Shown: positions 17,612 to 25,873, counted from the stretch's first letter. The stretch is DNA of 40,000 nucleotides from an uncultured Clostridia bacterium (GCA_947589215.1 CANQCL010000009.1:13303-53302); one strand, 5' to 3'. Numbers and translations: made by a program. The notes: generated from the sequence alone by a model not told the origin.

Positions 17612-18352
17612 TTATTTAACTTTTATCCGGCTTAAAGTCTCACCGATTTTCTCATGTATGACCAGATCGGCACTGCTGTCCATATCCGTTTTATCACGGT
17701 TTATCAAAACAAGATATTTGCCTCTGAAATACCTTACCAAAGACGCCGCAGGATAAACCACCAAAGACGTACCTCCTATAATAAGCATATCAGACTTCTC
17801 AATATGTTCTATTGCGCCTATGACAGTGTTGTTGTCAAGACCTTCCTCATACAAAACTACATCAGGCTTAACTCGACCGCCGCATTGATTGCATACGGGA
17901 ATATCCGTGCTGTTTTTCATATAAAGAGCGTCAAAAAACTTATGGCACTGCTCGCAGTAGTTTCTGTGAACCGAGCCGTGAAGCTCGTATACCTTTTGGC
18001 TGCCTGCCGCCTGATGAAGGCCATCTATGTTCTGAGTTATAACGCAGGACAGCTTACCCTTTTCCTCCAGTTCAGCTAATTTTTTATGCGCTTGGTTAGG
18101 CTTTATATCGAGAGCAAGCATTTTTTCCTTGTAAAACTTGAAAAACTCCTTCGGCTTATTTTCATAAAATGTGTGCGAAAGCATTTGCTCAGGAGGATAA
18201 TCGTACTTCTGATTATACAATCCGTCAACGCTTCTGAAATCGGGTATTCCGCTTTCAGTCGACACGCCTGCTCCGCCAAAGAAAACTATTGATTTGCTTT
18301 CATCTATCATCTTTTGCAGAAGTTTTATCTTATCTGAAATAATTTCTTCCAT
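17612..18352 (-). CDS. cobB: NAD-dependent protein deacylase (sirtuin, CobB/SrtN type)
   Basis: 246 aa. Motifs GAGVSTESGIPDFRS, QNIDGLH and HG, and the zinc ribbon CEQC...CNQCGG. Confidence 0.9.
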   Translation of the reverse strand: MEEIISDKIKLLQKMIDESKSIVFFGGAGVSTESGIPDFRSVDGLYNQKYDYPPEQMLSHTFYENKPKEFFKFYKEKMLALDIKPNQAHKKLAELEEKGKLSCVITQNIDGLHQAAGSQKVYELHGSVHRNYCEQCHKFFDALYMKNSTDIPVCNQCGGRVKPDVVLYEEGLDNNTVIGAIEHIEKSDMLIIGGTSLVVYPAASLVRYFRGKYLVLINRDKTDMDSSADLVIHEKIGETLSRIKVK

Positions 18353-18396
18353 TATCCTATCTCCTTTACCTAATTACTTTTTATGTATCATAATCA

Positions 18397-19410
18397 TTAT
18401 TTATAACAGTCTGATATCTCCTTTAATCTTTTCTTAGCCGCTTTAACAATTCTCTCAGGACCTAAAACCTTCGCATTAGTACCAAACGTAAATAGCCAGC
18501 CCCAAAAGGTAGGGCTTATCTCAACGTCAACGTTTATACTGAATTTGTCTTTATTTTTCTTGTTGATAAGAACATTGCTCCCAAACCTGTCGATAACAAC
18601 ATTGATAAGCGAATTATCAAACTCTATCTCTACGTTTTCTCTGTCTCCCCCATACATATCGTAGGTAGCCTTTAGACTTTTTACGATCTCGTTTTCGTCA
18701 ACTGTCAGAGAACGTCTTTTGTCCTCGCATAACCTAACGTCTGATATCCTGTCAACTCTGTATCTGCAAAGCTTTTCATGCTTGTTACAGTAGCATATGA
18801 GATAGTACTTATCGTTTTCCCATATAAGCTGATAAGGCGAGACGCTGTAAAGCTCTCCGCCGTGTCTGAACTGCGCCTTTTTGTCTATGCTGTATTCATA
18901 GTATTTAAACTCTATCTGGTAATTTGAAAATATCGCTTCGTGAATTATATTTATATTGTAGTATATTCTCTCATTAAAGGTTTTTGTACGGTTGGCAACA
19001 TACACGTTTCGCCTTAAACCCTTAGCCTTATACTTAGAAGTCAACGTCTGAAGCTTGCCGATAAGCTCATCAGACTTCTTTTTTGTAAGAAAAACCGACG
19101 AAGCCACTGCGTCTGCAAGCACATAAAGCTCCTCGTCCTGAAAGGTTCTTGAACCTACATAGTATGCGTTTGCGTGCCCTCTTTTATCTGCCAGTATATC
19201 AAGACCGCTTTCCTGAAGCGAAGTTATATCATCATAAATAGTCTTTCGTTCAGCCTTTATACCATAAGTCTCAAGCTTTGATATAAGCTCCTTTCCGGTC
19301 AAAGAATGTGTCTCGTCAGTCTCATTAAGCAGAATTTTCTGTAAAATCAAAAGCTTTAACTTCTGTCTCGAATATCCTCCGTTTGATATTAGATTATAAT
19401 TCTTTTCCAT
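18397..19410 (-). CDS. wHTH + WYL-domain transcriptional regulator
   Basis: N-terminal winged-HTH region (LTGKELISKLETYGIKAERKTIYDDITSLQESG). The central region YSVSPYQLIWENDKYYLICYC is a WYL-domain signature, followed by a C-terminal extension. ATG 19410 has a GGGAAG SD; the track start at 19437 is TTG. Confidence 0.8.
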   Translation of the reverse strand: MEKNYNLISNGGYSRQKLKLLILQKILLNETDETHSLTGKELISKLETYGIKAERKTIYDDITSLQESGLDILADKRGHANAYYVGSRTFQDEELYVLADAVASSVFLTKKKSDELIGKLQTLTSKYKAKGLRRNVYVANRTKTFNERIYYNINIIHEAIFSNYQIEFKYYEYSIDKKAQFRHGGELYSVSPYQLIWENDKYYLICYCNKHEKLCRYRVDRISDVRLCEDKRRSLTVDENEIVKSLKATYDMYGGDRENVEIEFDNSLINVVIDRFGSNVLINKKNKDKFSINVDVEISPTFWGWLFTFGTNAKVLGPERIVKAAKKRLKEISDCYK

Positions 19411-19443
19411 AGATACTACTTCCCTTTTAGATTTCAATTTTAT

Positions 19444-19677
19444 TTAGTTTTTTGTAATATCTCCATTCTTTTCTCTCTTTAAATCTGATACCTTGACCTT
19501 CGTTCCGTCTGGTCGCAAAAGCTCGGTATGCTCAAGCTGCTCAGTGAGATTTCTTACATACCCACGACGGTACTCGTCTCTAAGTCTCTTTTGCTCGCTC
19601 AATTCTTCCTGTGTCAGCTTTCTCTGCTTTGAAAGCCTATAAAGCTGTGAAATTCTGTCGAGTTTTTCCTTTTCCAT
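19444..19677 (-). CDS. DUF896 (YnzC/UPF0291) family protein
   Basis: 77 aa. The pattern DRISQLYRLSKQRKLTQEELSEQKRLRDEYRRGYVRNL is typical of the YnzC family. Confidence 0.8.
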   Translation of the reverse strand: MEKEKLDRISQLYRLSKQRKLTQEELSEQKRLRDEYRRGYVRNLTEQLEHTELLRPDGTKVKVSDLKREKNGDITKN

Positions 19678-19717
19678 TTAAACTAATTTACCTTTCTCAT
19701 TTTATATATTCTTTTTT

Positions 19718-19746
19718 ATTTTAGCACACCTTTTATTAAAACGCAA
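19718..19746 (-). promoter_or_regulatory. putative sigma-A promoter of the DUF896-WYL-cobB-ruvX operon
   Basis: On the minus strand: TTGCGT, 17 nt, TAAAAT. Confidence 0.45.
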
Positions 19747-19816
19747 CCGCATTATCATTAATTGTCCAAAAAATTTCCCTAAAAATAATTTTATAAAAAA
19801 ACTTTTAGAAAATCTA

Positions 19817-19845
19817 TTGACAAAAATTAGTTTAAGATATATCAT
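19817..19845 (+). promoter_or_regulatory. putative sigma-A promoter reading into ORF 19921
   Basis: TTGACA (19817..19822), 17 nt, TATCAT (19840..19845). Confidence 0.5.
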
Positions 19846-19857
19846 AAAATTGTAAAA

Positions 19858-19869
19858 GAACATTTGTTC
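19858..19869 (+). promoter_or_regulatory. candidate LexA operator (Cheo box)
   Basis: GAACATTTGTTC is a perfect GAAC-N4-GTTC palindrome, placed just downstream of the -10 element of the promoter at 19817. Confidence 0.5.
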
Positions 19870-19920
19870 TATTTGATTTACAAAACAACCGGGTTGACAT
19901 TTTAGAAAGGACATAAAAGT

Positions 19921-20157
19921 ATGGAAAATTTATTCAGAGCTTATATTAAAACTGCCGACGCTTTAAAAAAGCAGAATGAACGTCTCAAAGAAAAAATCAA
20001 AAAAACAACTGATGTAGACGAAAAAAAGGCGCTTATAAAGCGTTCAGAAACCCTTTATTCAGAATATCTTGACGTTCTTTACAGTGCAAAAATGATTGAA
20101 AATTATTTCAAGCCAAAACCAAATGTAAGTATATCTCATAAAAAAGACATCGCTTAA
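19921..20157 (+). CDS. hypothetical coiled-coil protein (78 aa)
   Basis: ORF with AAAGGA about 9 nt upstream. Lys/Glu-rich helical sequence. I recognise no family. Confidence 0.5.
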   Translation: MENLFRAYIKTADALKKQNERLKEKIKKTTDVDEKKALIKRSETLYSEYLDVLYSAKMIENYFKPKPNVSISHKKDIA

Positions 20158-20192
20158 GCTGCTCATATCAAGAAAGGAAATTTACAATATAA

Positions 20193-20519
20193 ATGAAAAA
20201 GTATACGAATAAAAGGGTGCCTATTGAGTTTTTATATTGTGAGAAAAAAATAAGAACCGGAAAATACGCTTCAACATCAAACAAAGAGATAATTAAATTC
20301 CTGCGAGAGATAATAAACGATGATTTGACAAAAACTCAGAAACAATATATCATTATGTATTATATGAACAATATGAAAATTCACGAGATCGCTCAGGAAT
20401 TCGGAGTTAATAAATCCACTGTATCGAGAACTATCAAACGTGCTAAAAACAGAATTTACGAGCGGTTAAAATACACAAACTTCAGGAGCTTTATAGATGA
20501 TGAAGACGCCGATATATGA
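20193..20519 (+). CDS. small sigma-70 region-4-like HTH DNA-binding protein
   Basis: 108 aa. LTKTQKQYIIMYYMNNMKIHEIAQEFGVNKSTVSRTIKRAKNRIYERL resembles sigma region 4 and YlxM-type HTH proteins. Confidence 0.65.
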   Translation: MKKYTNKRVPIEFLYCEKKIRTGKYASTSNKEIIKFLREIINDDLTKTQKQYIIMYYMNNMKIHEIAQEFGVNKSTVSRTIKRAKNRIYERLKYTNFRSFIDDEDADI

Positions 20520-21882
20520 CTTCTTAACTGAATATAAAAACAAAGGCGGGATTAGGTTTCATATGCCGGGTCATAAAGGCAGAGGTCCAAACGAAATGAA
20601 AGCTGTTTCGCCGTATGATATAACTGAAATATCAGGCGCTGACTTTCTTTTTGACACATCAAATTACGGTATAATAAGCGAAAGCGAAAAAAACGCTTCA
20701 CAGCTTTTTAATTCGGCTCTTACATTATACTCAACAGAAGGCTCTACATTGGCAATCAAGACAATGCTTTTTCTCGCTGTTAAGGGTAAAAAGAGGAAAA
20801 TCCTTGCTGTGAGAAATGTACATAAAGCTTTTATTAACGCCTGCGCTTTAATTGATATTGATGTCGACTGGCTTTATACTGATAAGGCTCTTAATTCTGT
20901 ATGTACAATAAAGCTTACTTCAACTGACTTAGAGAAAGCTTTGTCAGCTTATAAAAAGGACGAGCTTCCAAGTGCTGTATACATCACCACCCCAGACTAT
21001 CTGGGAAATATGCTTGATGTGAAAAGTCTATCTGATGTATGCAAAAAATATGATATTCCTCTGCTTGTTGATAACGCTCATGGGGCGTATCTAAACTTTT
21101 TGACTGATAATTTACACCCTTTATCTCAAGGGGCAGATATGTGCTGTGATTCAGCGCATAAGACGCTTCCCTGCCTTACAGGAGGAGCATATCTGCATAT
21201 ATCTAATAAAGCAAAAGATGAATTCAAAAACAAAGCGGCGGTCAAAGAGGCTATGCAAATTTTTGCAACTACTTCCCCGTCCTACTTGATTTTAGAATCT
21301 CTCGATTTGTGCAACAGACTTTTAAGCGATAACAAGTATATCGACCGAATTAATAAACTCTGCAAAAGAGTTAAAAAGCTAAAGGCAGAGATAAAATCAA
21401 TAGGCTATTACGTAATTGATAAACCTAATACAGAACCGCTAAAGCTGGTTTTACTTACAAACGCACTAAACATTAACGGCAAAGAATTGCTTTGTCTTTT
21501 GGAAAAGCACAATATTTTCTGTGAATATGCAGATGAATCAGCCATAGTATTAATGATTTCGACCGAAAATAACGAAAATGATTTTAATGCTTTTTTGTAT
21601 GCGCTGAAAGATATTAAAAAAGAGGTAAATAATCAATCTTGTTTTTTTAAAGATGATTATATAACTATTTGGCCGGCAGAAAAGAAGATGTCAATCAGAG
21701 ACGCTTTATTCAGCAAATCGGAAACGATTTCTATTGAGAAAGCGCTGGGAAGAATATGCGCGTCTTCTGTATCAATTTGCCCGCCCTGTATTCCATTGGT
21801 AATAAGCGGAGAGGTCTTTGACCGAAACACTATAAATTTGCTCAAAAGGTATAGCATTTTTTCTGTTAATGTGGTACAATGA
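20497..21882 (+). CDS. PLP-dependent Orn/Lys/Arg decarboxylase family protein (YaaO-like)
   Basis: 461 aa. N-terminal FHMPGHKGRG and the PLP-lysine motif DSAHKTLP. Synteny with holB and yaaT matches Bacillus. Confidence 0.85.
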   Translation: MMKTPIYDFLTEYKNKGGIRFHMPGHKGRGPNEMKAVSPYDITEISGADFLFDTSNYGIISESEKNASQLFNSALTLYSTEGSTLAIKTMLFLAVKGKKRKILAVRNVHKAFINACALIDIDVDWLYTDKALNSVCTIKLTSTDLEKALSAYKKDELPSAVYITTPDYLGNMLDVKSLSDVCKKYDIPLLVDNAHGAYLNFLTDNLHPLSQGADMCCDSAHKTLPCLTGGAYLHISNKAKDEFKNKAAVKEAMQIFATTSPSYLILESLDLCNRLLSDNKYIDRINKLCKRVKKLKAEIKSIGYYVIDKPNTEPLKLVLLTNALNINGKELLCLLEKHNIFCEYADESAIVLMISTENNENDFNAFLYALKDIKKEVNNQSCFFKDDYITIWPAEKKMSIRDALFSKSETISIEKALGRICASSVSICPPCIPLVISGEVFDRNTINLLKRYSIFSVNVVQ

Positions 21883-22931
21883 ACTACAAGAAGCAAGATA
21901 CCTTTTATCTTGTTTTTAAAAACCTAATTTATGAAAAGGTTATTCTTATGGAGAATTTTTCATTTTATGAAAATAATATATTAAAGAACACGATAAGCTC
22001 AATGGTGGTTAAAAACAGGGTTGCAAATTCCTTACTTGTTTACGGAGAAAAGGGACTAGGCAAAAAAACTGCCGCTGATTATATTTCGGCTGCACTTCTT
22101 TGTGAAAAAGGCAATGGTATGCCTTGCGGAAAATGTAAATCTTGCAAAATGGTCTTACACAAAACGCATCCAGACGTCATCTACGCCGTACCAAGCGGCA
22201 AAAGCGGAAACTATAAAATAGACACTCTGCGTGAGATAGTTGAAAATGCGCCAATAATGCCGAATGAGGGCAAATATAAAATATATATTATTTCAGATAT
22301 GGACAACACACTTGTTCCGGCGCAAAACGCTCTGCTCAAGCTTATTGAAGAACCGCCCGACCATTGCGTAATTATACTGACAGCTCAGTCTCGCTCATCT
22401 CTTCTGCCGACCATTATTTCTAGAGTAGTGTCTCTTTCGGTACACGAAGTAAGCAGCGTCTCTTGCGAAAAAGCACTTGCACAATATGGTTACAAATCTG
22501 ATGATATAAAAAAATCTGTAGAAATTCTTGGCGGGAACATTGGAAAGTGCAAAAGCTATTTAGACGGAGAAAACATATTTGACGCTGTAAAAATAACCAA
22601 AAGCATAACAGACGCTATAATTGCCGCTGAGGAGTATCTGATTCTTAAAGAGTTCAGCGAGCTTATCGGAGACAAGCCTATGACATTGCTTGTTTTGGAG
22701 CTTCTCTGTGAGGTTATACGAGACGCAATGTCAGTAAATGCCGGATGTAATGAAAATATGCTGATAAGCACATATAAAAACGGTGCTGTAAAACTGGCAG
22801 AACATATATCAAAAGCTAAAGCAAGAAAAATATATCTTGTTATAACCAAATATATTGAAAGGATAAATTCAAACGGAAATCTTAGTCTTGCGATAAACTC
22901 ATTATGCTCGGAAATAAAGGAAGCTTTGTAA
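21879..22931 (+). CDS. holB: DNA polymerase III delta' subunit
   Basis: AAA+ clamp-loader pattern NSLLVYGEKGLGKKT, zinc module CGKCKSCK, and the SRS-type motif IISRV. ATG 21879 overlaps the upstream stop (ATGA). ATG 21948 (MENFSFYEN) fits the usual HolB N-terminal length better. Confidence 0.85.
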   Translation: MNYKKQDTFYLVFKNLIYEKVILMENFSFYENNILKNTISSMVVKNRVANSLLVYGEKGLGKKTAADYISAALLCEKGNGMPCGKCKSCKMVLHKTHPDVIYAVPSGKSGNYKIDTLREIVENAPIMPNEGKYKIYIISDMDNTLVPAQNALLKLIEEPPDHCVIILTAQSRSSLLPTIISRVVSLSVHEVSSVSCEKALAQYGYKSDDIKKSVEILGGNIGKCKSYLDGENIFDAVKITKSITDAIIAAEEYLILKEFSELIGDKPMTLLVLELLCEVIRDAMSVNAGCNENMLISTYKNGAVKLAEHISKAKARKIYLVITKYIERINSNGNLSLAINSLCSEIKEAL

Positions 22932-22964
22932 AGAAGTTTGAAATTCAAATAACGGAGGAATAAT

Positions 22965-23828
22965 ATGGCTGAAATAATAGGCGTTCGCTTTAAACGCGTG
23001 GGGAAAGTATACTACTTTTCCCCTAACGGAGCTAAAATAGAGGTTGGAGAAAAGGTAATTGTTGAAACCTCACGTGGTATTGAATGCGGTGAGGTTGTAC
23101 TCGGCAACAAAGAAATAAAAGACAACGAGCTTAGTGTACCTCTTAAAGATATAATACGCGTTGCAACAGAAAAAGACCTCGATAAAATAGAACAGAATAA
23201 AAAGACTGAAGCGGAAGCATTTAAAATATGTGAAGAAAAAATATCAAATCACGGGCTGAATATGAAGCTCGTCGACGTTGAATGTACATTTGACAATAAC
23301 AAACTGCTTTTCTACTTCACATCTGAAAACAGGGTCGACTTCAGAGAGCTTGTAAAGGATCTGGCATCGGTTTTCAGAACAAGGATCGAACTGAGGCAAA
23401 TAGGTGTTCGTGATGAGGCTAAAATGCTCGGAGGGCTTGGTATCTGCGGCAGACCGTTTTGCTGCAAATCGTTCTTAGGAGATTTTCAGCCGGTATCAAT
23501 AAAAATGGCAAAGGATCAAAGCCTGTCATTAAATCCATCTAAGATTTCAGGAACCTGCGGAAGACTTATGTGCTGTTTAAAATACGAACAGGACGGCTAT
23601 GAGGAACTTATCAAAGGACTTCCTAAAATCGGTGCGTTTGTAGAAACTCCTGACGGAAAAGGAAATATTATCGATATAAATACTCTCACCGGGAAAATCA
23701 GAGTTAAAAATTCTGATACTGAGGCTGTAAACACTTACTCGAAAGATGATATCAAGGTTATAAAAGACGGAAGCAGTAAAGATGACAGCGAAGAATTAAA
23801 TGAACTGAAAGAGCTAGAGGATAAATAG
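22965..23828 (+). CDS. ricT: PSP1-domain protein (YaaT/RicT, stage 0 sporulation / RNase Y regulator)
   Basis: 287 aa. Reads MAEIIGVRFKRVGKVYYF..., with Cys-rich motifs CGRPFCC and CGRLMCCLKYE. Confidence 0.88.
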   Translation: MAEIIGVRFKRVGKVYYFSPNGAKIEVGEKVIVETSRGIECGEVVLGNKEIKDNELSVPLKDIIRVATEKDLDKIEQNKKTEAEAFKICEEKISNHGLNMKLVDVECTFDNNKLLFYFTSENRVDFRELVKDLASVFRTRIELRQIGVRDEAKMLGGLGICGRPFCCKSFLGDFQPVSIKMAKDQSLSLNPSKISGTCGRLMCCLKYEQDGYEELIKGLPKIGAFVETPDGKGNIIDINTLTGKIRVKNSDTEAVNTYSKDDIKVIKDGSSKDDSEELNELKELEDK

Positions 23829-23847
23829 AACCCACTTTTCAACAAGC

Positions 23848-23882
23848 AAAAGCACCTACCCAAATTCGGATAGGTGCTTTAA
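23848..23882. terminator. bidirectional terminator between convergent genes
   Basis: AGCACCTACC-loop-GGATAGGTGCT (one mismatch), with an A-run upstream and a T-run downstream. Confidence 0.55.
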
Positions 23883-23893
23883 TATTATCTTAA

Positions 23894-24535
23894 TTAATCA
23901 TCATAAACAGACTCAGATTCCCAAGATAAAATATTTCCAGTTTCGCTGTCGATTTCAAAATCATACTCCATATCTTTGTAAACTATAGAGCCTTCATAAA
24001 TCTGTCTGCCGTCGTCATACTCTGAGTGAATCCGAATATCTTTTTCGGTTGCTCCTTTTACTTTACTTAGCGCTGTTTTCTTTGCGTCGTTTAAAGACAC
24101 TTTTGCATTATTTTGCGCCGCTGAACCGAAATCATTATCTATGTCTGTATCCTTGCTGCGAATACTTCCGTCCTGAGCGGAAATCTCATACTCATACTCT
24201 TTATTGCCTGCGTAGAAGTCAACCTCGTACAAGGATATTCCGTCATCAATTTTCTGATTTATTCTTATTCCTGTAATATCAGATTCGGATACATTCGCAT
24301 CCTTTAAAGCTATTTTTTTAGCGTCATCTTCTGAAATTGAAGTATTTGCAGCATTTGTACTCTGCAAAGTTGTTGTGCTTTCAGATTGCTCTGTAACGCT
24401 TGTATCGGCAAGACTCTCCGACAGCTGAGTGGTATCACTTGATACATCAGATGAAGTTTTATCTTTTTCGCCGCACCCTGTCATAACTGCCATTATTGAC
24501 ATTAATACAGCCATAATTATAATTTTTGTTTTCAT
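23894..24535 (-). CDS. lipoprotein with two PepSY domains
   Basis: Lipobox AVMTGC after the signal peptide, then an S/T-rich linker. Two PepSY-like repeats follow (ISEDDAKKIALKDANV...YEVDFYAGNKEYEYEISAQDGSI and VSLNDAKKTALSKVKG...YEGSIVYKDMEYDFEIDSETGNIL). Confidence 0.8.
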   Translation of the reverse strand: MKTKIIIMAVLMSIMAVMTGCGEKDKTSSDVSSDTTQLSESLADTSVTEQSESTTTLQSTNAANTSISEDDAKKIALKDANVSESDITGIRINQKIDDGISLYEVDFYAGNKEYEYEISAQDGSIRSKDTDIDNDFGSAAQNNAKVSLNDAKKTALSKVKGATEKDIRIHSEYDDGRQIYEGSIVYKDMEYDFEIDSETGNILSWESESVYDD

Positions 24536-24641
24536 TGTTCTGACCTCCGTAATTTTAAATTGCTTTTATTCTATCAATCTATTTTTAACATTTTTACAAT
24601 AAAATATGTATGATTTGTGATTTTGCTAAAAATTACTTAAC

Positions 24642-24675
24642 AAATATAAACCGGCACCGAGTTAGACGATGCCGG
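24642..24675 (-). terminator. probable terminator downstream of mazF
   Basis: CCGGCA...TGCCGG hairpin followed, on the minus strand, by a T-rich tract. Confidence 0.45.
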
Positions 24676-24738
24676 TATATTTATATATAACCATCTATTT
24701 TTAATAAGTAAACATTATTTTGCGATATGATATATTTT

Positions 24739-25131
24739 TTAAGTTCTGCCGCCTAACCCGAAGGAAATCGACAACGCACTGTTCACAGCGGACATTGAAT
24801 TCGTATCAAGCTCGCCCATTCTCTCTTTTAGACGGGTTTTATCTATTGTTCTTATCTGTTCTAAAAGCACCACTGAGTTTTTAGCAAGACCGCAGCTTGA
24901 AGCGTTTACTGCAATATGAGTTGGCAGCTTTGCCTTATCCATTTTGCTTGTTATCGCCGCCGCTATAACGGTAGGGCTGTGCTTGTTCCCGACGTCGTTC
25001 TGTACAATAAGCACAGGTCTCATCCCCCCCTGCTCTGAGCCGACTACCGGGCTTAGATCTGCGTAATATATTTCTCCCCTGTGGATTCCGTTGTCATAAT
25101 AACCCGACACATATAACACTCCCATTTTCAT
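24739..25131 (-). CDS. mazF: MazF/PemK-family endoribonuclease toxin (EndoA/NdoA-like)
   Basis: [58 protein letters not shown]...[15 protein letters not shown] is closely similar to B. subtilis EndoA as I recall it. An internal GTG start with a GGGAG SD is possible. Confidence 0.9.
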   Translation of the reverse strand: MKMGVLYVSGYYDNGIHRGEIYYADLSPVVGSEQGGMRPVLIVQNDVGNKHSPTVIAAAITSKMDKAKLPTHIAVNASSCGLAKNSVVLLEQIRTIDKTRLKERMGELDTNSMSAVNSALSISFGLGGRT

Positions 25132-25329
25132 TTGATATTAGTGTTGACCGCACAAATAAGTTTTAAACACCTTTATATTAAAAAACGGGGAGCAAAAGGT
25201 GTGATAGTTTATTATATGACATTGTTCTTTATATTGTGATAAAAAATTTATTGAGTTGTTGTAATGCAGAATTTTATTTTCAACAGTTTTAAATGAAATT
25301 TTATCTTACGTCATTTACGCTTAAAACCC

Positions 25330-25358
25330 TTGCGTTTACTAACAAAATAGTGTATAAT
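25330..25358 (+). promoter_or_regulatory. strong sigma-A promoter upstream of the gatCAB leader
   Basis: TTGCGT (25330..25335), 17 nt, TATAAT (25353..25358), with TG immediately upstream of the -10. Confidence 0.65.
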
Positions 25359-25364
25359 AAAATC

Positions 25365-25594
25365 TAAGTATTGGAAACTTGAGAAAAAGTTTTCGCTCAA
25401 GCCTTTTTCAAAAGGCTTGCGGGTCAAGGGCAGAGCCCTGTCGCCGACCGCAGTCGGCGAAATCCCCCTTACGTAGTGCGCTCCGCACAGGGTGAATTTA
25501 AAAATAGTCCAGTGGACTGTTTTTAAAGAGGGGCATGCCCTGCAAGAGAGGGCTGCCCCTAAAAACAGAAAAATTTCAGAAAGGACAAATCGTT
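25365..25594 (+). promoter_or_regulatory. GC-rich, highly structured 5' leader (unclassified cis-regulatory RNA or sRNA) upstream of gatC
   Basis: At least seven hairpins are visible by eye: 25375..25392; 25398..25419 (CAAGCCTTT/AAAGGCTTG); 25427..25439 (AGGGC/GCCCT); 25441..25460 (TCGCCGAC/GTCGGCGA); 25476..25488 (GTGCG/CGCAC); 25500..25524 (AGTCC/GGACT followed by GTTTTT); and 25529..25560 (12-bp AGGGGCA..GCCCT/AGGGC..TGCCCCT). No ATG-initiated peptide and no T-box core sequence. Confidence 0.55.
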
Positions 25595-25873
25595 ATGGAT
25601 TTAGAAATGGTAAAATACTTAGCAGAGCTTGGTAAACTTGATTTTACCGAAGATGAGCTTAAAAAGGCGTCAAGCGATATGACAAGCATTATTGAGCTTA
25701 TGGATAAGGTAAAGGAAATCGACGTCACCTATGACGCTCTTGCCGATAACAAGAATATATATTTAAACGACTTAAGAGAGGATTTCAATGAGCCCTCAAT
25801 GCCTACCGAAAAGGTAATTGCCAATGCTAAAAACAGAGATAACTGCTTTGTTGTTCCAAAGGTAGTGGAATAA
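25595..25873 (+). CDS. gatC: Asp/Glu-tRNA(Asn/Gln) amidotransferase subunit C
   Basis: Reads MDLEMVKYLAELGKLDFTEDELKK...LREDFNEPS. AAAGGA about 9 nt upstream of ATG 25595. The track start at 25535 would read through the leader hairpins. Confidence 0.88.
   Translation: MDLEMVKYLAELGKLDFTEDELKKASSDMTSIIELMDKVKEIDVTYDALADNKNIYLNDLREDFNEPSMPTEKVIANAKNRDNCFVVPKVVE

Noticed and set aside
17612-18352. The SIR2-domain protein next to a WYL regulator as an NAD-depleting anti-phage effector
   Set aside because: The sequence is a compact canonical sirtuin, with the GAGVSTESGIPDFRS, QNIDGLH and HG motifs and the CxxC...CxxC zinc ribbon, at 246 aa. It has no extra sensor or effector domain and no partner typical of Thoeris, DSR or SIR2-HerA systems. 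A housekeeping deacylase is the economical reading.
19702-19914. Minus-strand 70-aa ORF in the DUF896/19921 intergenic region
   Set aside because: It covers two predicted promoters and the LexA box. The sequence is Phe/Lys/Ile-rich, as expected from translating AT-rich DNA, and there is no SD.
25365-25594. T-box riboswitch upstream of gatCAB (as known for a C. acetobutylicum gatCAB/aspS operon)
   Set aside because: I could not find the conserved T-box sequence (…GGGTGGTACCGCG…), the antiterminator bulge, or the Stem I landmarks (GA/K-turn, AG bay, distal-loop motifs). Only a fragment AGGGTG at about 25489 is present. A covariance-model scan is still needed to be sure.
25535-25594. Longer gatC start at ATG 25535 (112-aa track ORF)
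   Set aside because: The extra 20 codons lie inside the 12-bp GC hairpin of the leader and have no SD. GatC homology and a proper AAAGGA SD begin at ATG 25595.
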